DNA of 64,000 nt from positions 208,789 through 272,788 of the forward strand of contig JAVEXP010000002.1 in NCBI GenBank assembly GCA_034003985.1. Direction: 5' to 3'. Both the position numbers and the translations under genes were made by a program. The notes under the pieces are model-generated. The model saw nothing but the letters and a program-made list of their open reading frames with translations, did not search any database and was not told where the DNA came from. Position 1 is the stretch's first letter, and each line of letters begins with the position of its first letter. This document shows positions 56,600 through 64,000 of this stretch, piece by piece. The stretch comes from Patescibacteria group bacterium (GTDB lineage Bacteria > Patescibacteriota > Patescibacteriia > Buchananbacterales > UBA6539).

Positions 56600-57454
56600 A
56601 TGTCTTTTGTAAATACACTGCCATACATAAGTAATCCAATTGAAGAATTTAAGGATTATCGTTTTGTAGATTGGGAATCCGGAATATATCCGACATTTAA
56701 AGCCGGCACAGATCCTGAAGAAATACATTTCTTCACTGATTTAATCCAGTCTCAAGGATTACGGAAAATACTTGACCTCGGCGTTGGCGGAGGAGTTGAA
56801 TTGGCAGATATCTGTAAGAATTTAAAGAAATATAATTATCCCGTTGAGTCGATAGAAGCAAATGAGGTTGATGCTACATTCATTCAATTAGCTCATAAGC
56901 ACTTCCAATCTCAAGAATTAAAAATTTTAATCCATAAGGCTAATTGGCTTGACCTTCCAAAAGCTGAGCCACCATACACTCATAACTTTGACTTTGCATT
57001 TTTAACAGGCAATTCATTGACCTATATAGGTGGTGGAACTCGTGAATATACTAAAAGAGCGCAACAATCGGTAGTAAGTAAATTCTCGGGGATGATTGAT
57101 AAGGGTGGCTACTTGTTTATTGATTCTCGTAATTACGATTATATTTATTCTTTGATGAACTTGTCGCGAGAAGAAATCTTTGAAAATTTCACGTTCCCTT
57201 ACAGTATTTATTACCATGGTTTTCAAGAAAAGATTTTGGTTTTTCCTGCCTATATAAGTGACACAGTTGTTGTTTTGCATTATTATGATAAAGAGAAAAG
57301 AGTCTGGAGCAAGCTTGATCTGTACCCGATATACCAGAAAGACATGTTGGATATTTTAAGTAAAGATTTTGAGGTTGAAAAAGTTATCTACGACTTTGGT
57401 AAGGGTTCAAAAGACAAGAGTTTATTCGTTCAGTACTTAGTAAGGAGAAAGTAA
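56600..57454 (+). CDS. Class I SAM-dependent methyltransferase (orphan, island cargo)
   Basis: Motif I ILDLGVGGGVELADI. Acidic motif II EANEVD. FDFAFLTGNSLTYI post-II/motif IV region. Confidence 0.65.
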   Translation: MSFVNTLPYISNPIEEFKDYRFVDWESGIYPTFKAGTDPEEIHFFTDLIQSQGLRKILDLGVGGGVELADICKNLKKYNYPVESIEANEVDATFIQLAHKHFQSQELKILIHKANWLDLPKAEPPYTHNFDFAFLTGNSLTYIGGGTREYTKRAQQSVVSKFSGMIDKGGYLFIDSRNYDYIYSLMNLSREEIFENFTFPYSIYYHGFQEKILVFPAYISDTVVVLHYYDKEKRVWSKLDLYPIYQKDMLDILSKDFEVEKVIYDFGKGSKDKSLFVQYLVRRK

Positions 57455-57499
57455 TCAAGGAAGGGGACCCAAGAATATTTTTTATCGAGTGACCTGAGT

Positions 57500-57524
57500 G
57501 GTTCGATTCCTAAAAAGGCTGCCA
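57500..57524 (+). repeat. Degenerate direct repeat of the tRNA-Glu 3' end (T-loop plus acceptor; 19/25 identical, same spacing). Putative att remnant separating two tandem islands.
   Basis: GGTTCGATTCC-taaaaa-GGCTGCCA versus the tRNA's GGTTCGATTCC-cccacg-GGCTGCCA (49244-49268). Confidence 0.6.
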
Positions 57525-57614
57525 GAACACAATAGTATCGAAGGCTGACCTAAAAGGCTTTTGATTATGAAATAATTACAAAACACGGCGAGTAGCCGTG
57601 TTTTGTAATTTAGG

Positions 57615-58937
57615 TTAATTCCCCAATAATCTGATTTTTTTGTTGGTGTAAATAAGCTTACTTTTCAGTAGCGACAACAGTTCGCGTTTTTCCGAGATAT
57701 TGCCGTTTTGTATTAAATATTTGGCGTACGCTCGTATGTCAATTTTCTTTGTTTCAATTTTATTATGACTTCCGCCAAGTACGGAAGTCTGCAGATTGTT
57801 TAATCTTCTTACCTCGTCTTCAAACTTTCCTTGAACTCCAAGTTGATCTATCTCAACCTTATCAATTGTTTTTGCCAATTCGTTTATGAGCGATTCCTCC
57901 CGAATATAAGTGTTTTTACATTCGGGATTTTTGGCTCTGGTGCAACCGTAGTAAATATATTTGGCGGTTGTCCCGTCAGTCAATTTTTTGAATTTTTCTT
58001 GTCCTGTGATACTGGATCCGCACAGGCCACAAACCATGAGTTTGGTAAAGGCAAATTCTTTGTTTTTGGCGCCGCAGGTTGCTTCAATGGTTTTGATGTT
58101 GACTTGCGCCTGATCGAAAAGTTTTTGAGTGATAATCGGTTTATGTTTGCCCTGATACCACTTGCCGCTGTTTTTTGGGTATTCAAACATGCCGTAGTAG
58201 AACGGGTTTCTCAATAGATTATATATTCCACTCAGTGCCAGTGTTTTTTGACCTCTGGTTTTGAAATTAAGGTCAAACTTCAACCAGTTGTATATTTTTC
58301 TACCACTCCAGCGCTCATTGGCAACTTTTTCAAATATCTGCTTGATTATCGGTGCGCGCAGGGGATCAACGATGATCTGGCACTTCTTATCCATTTGATT
58401 TTGGTTCAGATAGCCCAGGGGTGCCATGCCCGGCCACAAACCCATTTCTACCCTCGTTCTCATGCCTCTTTTGACGTTTTCTCCGCGATGATCGTTTTCC
58501 AGTTTGGCGGTACTTCCCAAAATCATCAGCATGAATTTTTCATTTGGGTTATTGGTGAATGTTTGTCCGTGGGTTCTTATTTCCGCCAACAATCCTTGAT
58601 CCATAAGATCGACTATGGCGCCCAAGTCCCCGGCGTTACGACTTAAACGATCCGGAGCCCAAGTGATGATGCCGTTGAATCTGCCGGTTCTAATGTCACC
58701 CAAAAGCTCATTAAAGATTTCCCGCTGTCCCGTGTCCTTGGCCGAGTGACTTTCCCGTTTGATTTCAACAATGTCCAAATTTTCCCGAACGGCAATATCC
58801 AACATTTCCTTAACTTGGGAATCGATTGACAGCACCTGGCGCTCCTCGGATTCCGTTGATTTTCTCGCGTAAAGGCAGTATTTGATTTTTTGTTCCGGCG
58901 TGATTGCGTTTTCCATACAACAACATTGATGACGCAA
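57615..58937 (-). mobile_element. Second large serine recombinase (integrase)
   Basis: YCLYARKSTESEERQVLSIDSQ catalytic motif. Recombinase domain. Zn-ribbon CGLCGSS...YYGCTRAKNPEC. The likely start is the Met 7 codons into the ORF. Confidence 0.85.
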
Positions 58938-59085
58938 CCCTTTCAGTGAGTCCAGAGTGGGTGAGTAGGTAAACTGTAGATAACTAATTCTGCAATTTTG
59001 GGGTAGAATTTTATTTTTTACGATTGACTTTTATGCCTAAGCGTGGCAAAATAAATAGTATAATGGTCAAAATCAACATAGCGCC

Positions 59086-59910
59086 ATGACTAATAAAAAA
59101 ACAAATCTACCAAAGAATAGTATGCCAACATATTTTTTAGATGGTAATTTTGCTTTGTATCATGGCGATGCTCTTGAAGTATTGTCTAAGTTTAAACCTA
59201 ATCAATTTGATATGGTTTTTGCAGATCCGCCATATAATTTATCTAATGGTGGTTTTTCTGTTCATGCAGGAAAAAGAGTTAGCGTGAACAAGGGTGACTG
59301 GGATAGAAGTAAAGGTTTTAAAGATGATTACGAGTTTCATTTTAAATGGTTAGAAGCATGTAAAAGAATATTAAAACCCGGCGGAACCCTTTGGGTTAGT
59401 GGAACCTACCACTCAATTTACCAATGCGGGCATGCAATACAAGCACTCGACTATCATATTTTAAATGATGTTGCTTGGTTTAAACCTAATGCATCACCTA
59501 ATTTAAGCTGTCGTTTTTTTACAGCCAGTCATGAAACTTTGATATGGGCAAGAAAAGAGAAAAAAGCAAAGCATAAGTTTAATTATGACTTAATGAAAAA
59601 TGGTGAGTGGACAGAAGATTTTATAAAAAAACCCAACAAGCAGATGAGAAGTGTTTGGTCTATCAATACCCCCAGACCAGGAGAAAAGAAATTTGGAAAG
59701 CATCCAACACAGAAACCCGTTGATTTACTGGTTAGAATAATTCTAGCAAGTACTGATAGAGGCGACTTAGTTTTGGATCCATTTACAGGATCTTCCACTA
59801 CTGGTTTAGCGGCGTTTTTAAATGATAGAAAGTTTATCGGCATTGACTCAGAGAAAAAATATCTTGATTTATCTGTTAAGAGACTTAAAGATTTAAAGAA
59901 AAATAAATGA
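59086..59910 (+). CDS. Beta-class DNA methyltransferase (DPPY; N6-adenine or N4-cytosine) of a type II R-M system
   Basis: Motif IV FADPPYNL precedes motif I VLDPFTGSSTTGLAA (beta-class order). 274 aa. Confidence 0.85.
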   Translation: MTNKKTNLPKNSMPTYFLDGNFALYHGDALEVLSKFKPNQFDMVFADPPYNLSNGGFSVHAGKRVSVNKGDWDRSKGFKDDYEFHFKWLEACKRILKPGGTLWVSGTYHSIYQCGHAIQALDYHILNDVAWFKPNASPNLSCRFFTASHETLIWARKEKKAKHKFNYDLMKNGEWTEDFIKKPNKQMRSVWSINTPRPGEKKFGKHPTQKPVDLLVRIILASTDRGDLVLDPFTGSSTTGLAAFLNDRKFIGIDSEKKYLDLSVKRLKDLKKNK

Positions 59911-60824
59911 AGTTTTTGGATTTTTACAAAAAGAAGTTGAATTGTCAGAATGAAGGTGATGTCTTTGATTATTTAATTTCTAATTTGAAACCAAGTAACA
60001 CGCTTTGGTCATATTTTGTTAACTGGGACAAAGTTTTTGAAAATACAAAAAAGATTGAGCTGGCCTTAAACACTTTAAATTATTTGGTTGGAAAAGATGA
60101 TTTTGATAAGGAGTTCAAATTCTTACTTAAACAAAATCCTGAAGTCGCTGAAGTTTTACCGGCGCTAGTTGTTAGAGATGGTAATAATAAAAAGAAATTT
60201 AAGGTTTTAGTTGATTTTCAGGGTAAAAAATTAGTATATGAAGATTTTGATTTCACAAAGAAAAAATTTACTGACAATGATATTAATAAATATTTAATAT
60301 TTGTAAAAAATACTAGAATTAAAGACTTAATTATTTCCAAGAAGATTAAAAATCTAGTTGATTATATGATTGGCGTGGAAGCTGGTTTAGATAGTAATGG
60401 GAGAAAGAATCGTGGTGGTCATGCAATGGAGGACATTGTCGAAGTTTTTATTAAAGATTTATGTAAAAGAAAAAAGTTTAGATATTTAAAAGAAGCTAAT
60501 TCGGATAAAATAAAAAAAGAATTTGGTTATGATGTTCCGGTAGATAAATCTTCAAGACGATATGATTTTGTAATTGACAATGGAAAAGAGCCAATAATTT
60601 TTGAAACTAATTTCTACGGTGGTGGCGGATCTAAGTTGAAGTCTACTGCTGGCGAATACAGAAATCTATTTGATGTTTTAGGCGGTAAATTTAAATTTAT
60701 TTGGATTACGGATGGTTCTGGTTGGAGAACGACTTCCAGGCCATTGAATGAAACATTCAGCCATAATGATTATTTGTTTACACTTTCACTACTAGAAAAA
60801 GATATTTTAGATACTCTTATTTAA
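59907..60824 (+). CDS. Putative type II restriction endonuclease (cognate of the DPPY MTase)
   Basis: ATGA translational coupling to the MTase. 305-aa Lys-rich protein. Family not assignable by eye (DpnII/MboI-like is a guess). Confidence 0.5.
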   Translation: MKFLDFYKKKLNCQNEGDVFDYLISNLKPSNTLWSYFVNWDKVFENTKKIELALNTLNYLVGKDDFDKEFKFLLKQNPEVAEVLPALVVRDGNNKKKFKVLVDFQGKKLVYEDFDFTKKKFTDNDINKYLIFVKNTRIKDLIISKKIKNLVDYMIGVEAGLDSNGRKNRGGHAMEDIVEVFIKDLCKRKKFRYLKEANSDKIKKEFGYDVPVDKSSRRYDFVIDNGKEPIIFETNFYGGGGSKLKSTAGEYRNLFDVLGGKFKFIWITDGSGWRTTSRPLNETFSHNDYLFTLSLLEKDILDTLI

Positions 60825-60911
60825 TCCAAAGAATAATTAAAGTCATCAAGGATTTTTTGCCATATCCTTAATTTTACCGAAATAGATTTATGATATTAAT
60901 AAATTTGGGTA

Positions 60912-63296
60912 ATGAAGATTAGTAGAATAAAAGAAATTAAAAATATTGGCACATTCGCCAAATTTGAGAATGGCGGTTCTTTTGGATTTGAAAAATTAAC
61001 TTTCATATATGGCTTAAATACATACGGAAAGACAACTCTCGCTGATATTTTTCAGTCTTTAAAGCTACACAATCCCTCTTTAATTATAAATCGAAAAACT
61101 ATTCCAGAGATAGCTATTTCTCAGAAGGCAGAAGTATCTGCAAAAGAAACTGATGATGGATCAGAAAAAATTATCAAATTTGAAAATAGCAATTGGATCG
61201 ACAATACAATAGCTAATGATCTAGAGGTTTTTGGAACAGATTTTATTCATAATAATGTATTTACAGGTTTATTGATTGAAAGGAAAAATCGAGAAAATTT
61301 TACGAATTTTATTTTAGGAGATCAGGGGGTTAAATTAGCAGAGAGTATAAAAGAAAAAAAGAAAGTTTTAGGAGATAAAAAAAGAGATCTTCGTAATTAC
61401 ACTCCTGTGTTCGTAAAGAATTTTACCAACAAAGAGATTGAGGAATTTGTTAATTATGATATTAGCAAATTGAATAAAGATGATTTAGATTCAGAATTGA
61501 TTAGGAGTAAATCCCTTTTGCAAAAAGAAAAAGATCGATTAAAGGAGCCAACAAAGATTACCAATATGGATGAGCCAAAATCTTTCGGCTCCATTGATGT
61601 CGATTACATGGACATTATCAACACTATAAATAATTTGTTAGATAAAGATTATCAGGAGATAAAAAAAGAAAGTATAGATATGTTGGACAAGCACATTTCT
61701 AATAATTTTTCTGATGTTGATGGTGCGAAAAATTGGATACAAAGAGGATTAAAATACTGTCTAGATAAAGAAAAAGGAAAGTGTCCATTTTGTAGTCAAA
61801 ATTTAAACAATGTTAAAGATCTGATTGATCTTTACGATTCATATTTTGATAAAGCTTATACAGATTTTATAGACGAAGTTGTTACTGGATTGGACATTAA
61901 TATAAATACATTAAAAAATCGTAATCTAAATAATTATTCAGTAGTTCAATCTGCTTTACTTAAGGCAAATTTATATAAAGATCTAATAATAACTAAAGAG
62001 TATCAATCATATCTACAGAAGCTTATAAGCAATTTATCTCATTTAAAAGAAGATGAATTACAAGAGGAAAAATTCAGAATAGTAGAATCATTTGAAAATA
62101 AAATTTCTAGTAAAATTAAAATTCCATATGAGAAAATTGAAAAACTTGATCCTTCCGATTTCAAGAAAAATTTAGATGAATATAAAATTAATTTAGAGGA
62201 ATGTCGAGATATAGTAGATTCAATACTTACAGCGATTAAGGAATTTAAAAAACAATACAGTAATGTAGTCAGTATCATTGATGCTATAAAAGGTTTGGAA
62301 TCTGATATTCAAGATTTAGAATTTAAAAAAGCTAGATTTGAGCAGAATGATGAGTGTGTAGCCTATAAGAAATTAATCAGCGAAATAGAAAAATTAGAAA
62401 CTGGTGAAGAGGGAATCAAAAATTTGGAAGAAAAATTACAGAAAGATCAAACTGATTTTTTGTCTGACTATTTTGGAAAGATTAATAATTTATTTGTTAA
62501 GTTTGGTAGTAAAAATTTCACTTTAATAAAAGAAGAAGATAGCTCAGGGCACTTACCAGTATATTCGTTGAAAGTGCAATTTCACAATAAACCAATATCA
62601 AATGATAAATTGTGTAATGTTTTTAGTGAGTCAGATAGAAGAGCTTTAGCTTTATCGATATTTTTCGCAAAATTAGAATTGAAAGATAAACAAGAACAAA
62701 ATAAGACAGTCATAATTTTAGATGATCCTATCACAAGTTTTGATGACAACAGGACTACTAATTCAATAAACTATTTTAAAGAGGTTCTTGGTAAAAGTAG
62801 CCAGATGATTATTTTGACACACTATACACATTTTATTAAACGATTTTGTGAAATAACAAAGAAAGATAGTATAACTACGAAGTTTTTAAAGATTGAACAA
62901 AATGAATACTCTAGTTATTTAGAAAATATTACTCGCGAAGAACTAATTATAAACGATTATGAAAAGATATTTATGAAGATTTATAATTTTATCAACAAAA
63001 AAACTTCTGAGAATATAAAAGCAGATTTAAGACCTTTCCTTGAAAATTTATATTTTCCTACAATATTTAGTAAAAAAATACACGATGACAATGTTGACTG
63101 TAGTAACTTAGAGACTATAATTGATGGTTTATTTTCTGACTATGAAGAAGTTAAAAATAAATTTCATGAGTTTAGAAACACTTTGAATCCTGATTCACAT
63201 TTATTCACCTCAAACAATATTGAAGATGTTCGCAATTTTGCAAAGGAAATGTTTGAATATATCTATTCTTTAAGTATAGTAGGCTCGAGAAAGTAA
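60912..63296 (+). CDS. RloC/PrrC-like AAA_13 ABC-ATPase with CxxC zinc hook and C-terminal HEPN-like (anticodon-nuclease-like) domain
   Basis: N-terminus KISRIKEIKNIGTFAKF...LTFIYGLNTYGKTTLADIF (AAA_13 Walker A). Long coiled coil with CPFC. Walker B/D-loop VIILDDPITSFDD, H-loop LTHYTHF. C-terminal FRNTLNPDSH. Confidence 0.65.
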   Translation: MKISRIKEIKNIGTFAKFENGGSFGFEKLTFIYGLNTYGKTTLADIFQSLKLHNPSLIINRKTIPEIAISQKAEVSAKETDDGSEKIIKFENSNWIDNTIANDLEVFGTDFIHNNVFTGLLIERKNRENFTNFILGDQGVKLAESIKEKKKVLGDKKRDLRNYTPVFVKNFTNKEIEEFVNYDISKLNKDDLDSELIRSKSLLQKEKDRLKEPTKITNMDEPKSFGSIDVDYMDIINTINNLLDKDYQEIKKESIDMLDKHISNNFSDVDGAKNWIQRGLKYCLDKEKGKCPFCSQNLNNVKDLIDLYDSYFDKAYTDFIDEVVTGLDININTLKNRNLNNYSVVQSALLKANLYKDLIITKEYQSYLQKLISNLSHLKEDELQEEKFRIVESFENKISSKIKIPYEKIEKLDPSDFKKNLDEYKINLEECRDIVDSILTAIKEFKKQYSNVVSIIDAIKGLESDIQDLEFKKARFEQNDECVAYKKLISEIEKLETGEEGIKNLEEKLQKDQTDFLSDYFGKINNLFVKFGSKNFTLIKEEDSSGHLPVYSLKVQFHNKPISNDKLCNVFSESDRRALALSIFFAKLELKDKQEQNKTVIILDDPITSFDDNRTTNSINYFKEVLGKSSQMIILTHYTHFIKRFCEITKKDSITTKFLKIEQNEYSSYLENITREELIINDYEKIFMKIYNFINKKTSENIKADLRPFLENLYFPTIFSKKIHDDNVDCSNLETIIDGLFSDYEEVKNKFHEFRNTLNPDSHLFTSNNIEDVRNFAKEMFEYIYSLSIVGSRK

Positions 63297-63297
63297 T

Positions 63298-63726
63298 ATG
63301 AAACAAGATAATTTGATTGGAATTGGTAAATATAAAAAAGAAATAACCATTTCTGAATCAAAAGTAATTGAGGCGGTTAGAGATTGGGCATATAAAAATT
63401 GTTGGGGATTAAGGCCTATTATTAAACATGGCCATAACCCCGGTGTTGATTTAGAATTAACAAATGAAAAAACAAGACATAAGTATTTTATTGAATGCAA
63501 GGGTGGATCACATCATGAGGTAAATTTTGTTTATTCCTTAGGTCAAATAATTACCCGCATGAACCGCGTCCCTAAAGGGGTAAATTATGGAATTGCATTG
63601 CCGACGAAATCAGCAGAAATTGCCAGACGAAGGATCCCTAAAGGTTTTGCCACAAGAAATAAGCTGACCATTTTTTCAGTTTCTAACGATGGTAGAGTTC
63701 GGAGATATACACCAAAGGATTTTTGA
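63298..63726 (+). CDS. Small protein with PD-(D/E)xK nuclease-like motif, coupled to the RloC-like gene
   Basis: Start 1 nt after the RloC-like stop. GVDLEL...YFIECKG is compatible with hD...ExK. Confidence 0.45.
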   Translation: MKQDNLIGIGKYKKEITISESKVIEAVRDWAYKNCWGLRPIIKHGHNPGVDLELTNEKTRHKYFIECKGGSHHEVNFVYSLGQIITRMNRVPKGVNYGIALPTKSAEIARRRIPKGFATRNKLTIFSVSNDGRVRRYTPKDF

Positions 63727-63817
63727 TATAAGTAAAACTTATTTTATTTGAAATATACCAGTAGGTAACCTGTAGGTAACTCAGACTTCGCAAAAACCCT
63801 AACCTAAGCTAATATAC

Positions 63818-63842
63818 GATGGACATTTGTCCATTTTTTGGT
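63818..63842 (+). terminator. Rho-independent terminator
   Basis: ATGGACA-TT-TGTCCAT followed by TTTTTT. Confidence 0.6.
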
Positions 63843-64000
63843 TAAAATGTAATTGACAATTAAGTGACCTAAACCCGTCGTTTTCGGCGGGCATGGTCAA
63901 AAATCGTAAGAGACATACAACCCGTCATTCAGGGCGTGAGTTACGTTATGCAGGGAAACTTGCATAGGGGCTTTAAAACCCTCCTGGTGGCGGGCTTTAT

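Noticed and set aside
57500-57524. A second intact tRNA gene at 57.5 kb
   Set aside because: Only the T-loop and the acceptor 3' half are present and the T-stem cannot pair. Interpreted as an att/tRNA-end remnant and not as a gene.
59907-60824. Assigning the REase to the DpnII/MboI (GATC) family
   Set aside because: This rests only on a vague recollection that beta-class DPPY MTases accompany DpnII-type enzymes. No motif could be verified by eye, so only the generic call is kept.
1-64000. CRISPR array or cas genes
   Set aside because: No regularly spaced direct repeats were found in any intergenic region. The only tandem repeats are intragenic protein repeats and two short 11-mers.

Overview
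This 64-kb window looks like a small, AT-rich (about 35-42% GC) Patescibacteria/CPR-like chromosome segment. Strand for any ncRNA candidate is unresolved.

**Core genes, bases 1-31.9 kb.** rplJ-rplL; a tsaB/NUDIX/receiver cluster; mraZ-rsmH-ftsL-ftsI-murF (dcw); cysS; a UgtP-like glycosyltransferase; corA; a membrane-anchored TraD/VirD4-like ATPase; prmC-prfA-rpmE; and a CIRCE-controlled hrcA-grpE-hsp20-dnaK...dnaJ heat-shock locus.

**GC-rich patches, about 55-60% GC.** Several discrete segments sit inside this AT-rich backbone:
- a 330-nt non-protein-like segment (candidate ncRNA)
- a CDP-alcohol phosphatidyltransferase gene
- a zinc-ribbon mini-gene plus a phosphoesterase fragment
- a dapB-like gene
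- a 3.2-kb lipoprotein gene with DUF5011/Ig-like repeats and an internal near-identical tandem duplication

At least three of these (CDP-alcohol phosphatidyltransferase, dapB, lipoprotein) have their own near-consensus sigma70 promoter. This suggests horizontal acquisition, or metagenome chimerism.

**Cell-envelope cluster, 35.5-49.1 kb.** A CAP-domain secreted protein, three GT2 glycosyltransferases, a giant GT-C-like polytopic membrane protein, CBM-like and beta-repeat surface proteins.

**Mobile/defence region, 49.2 kb to the window end.** This starts at tRNA-Glu(CUC). Two tandem elements are each headed by a large serine recombinase. They are separated by a degenerate 25-nt copy of the tRNA 3' end.
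- **Element 1:** a RepA/AAA_25 replication module, an orphan SAM methyltransferase, and an uncharacterised three-gene operon with a C-terminal HEPN-like (Rx4-6H) domain. Divergently transcribed are a 2-TM membrane protein and two unknown proteins. This is the best candidate for an undescribed defence/abortive-infection system.
- **Element 2:** a type II R-M pair (DPPY beta-class MTase plus REase), an RloC/PrrC-like AAA_13 ATPase with CxxC zinc hook and HEPN-like C-terminus (anticodon-nuclease-like), and a translationally coupled 142-aa PD-(D/E)xK-motif protein.

No CRISPR array and no rRNA were seen.
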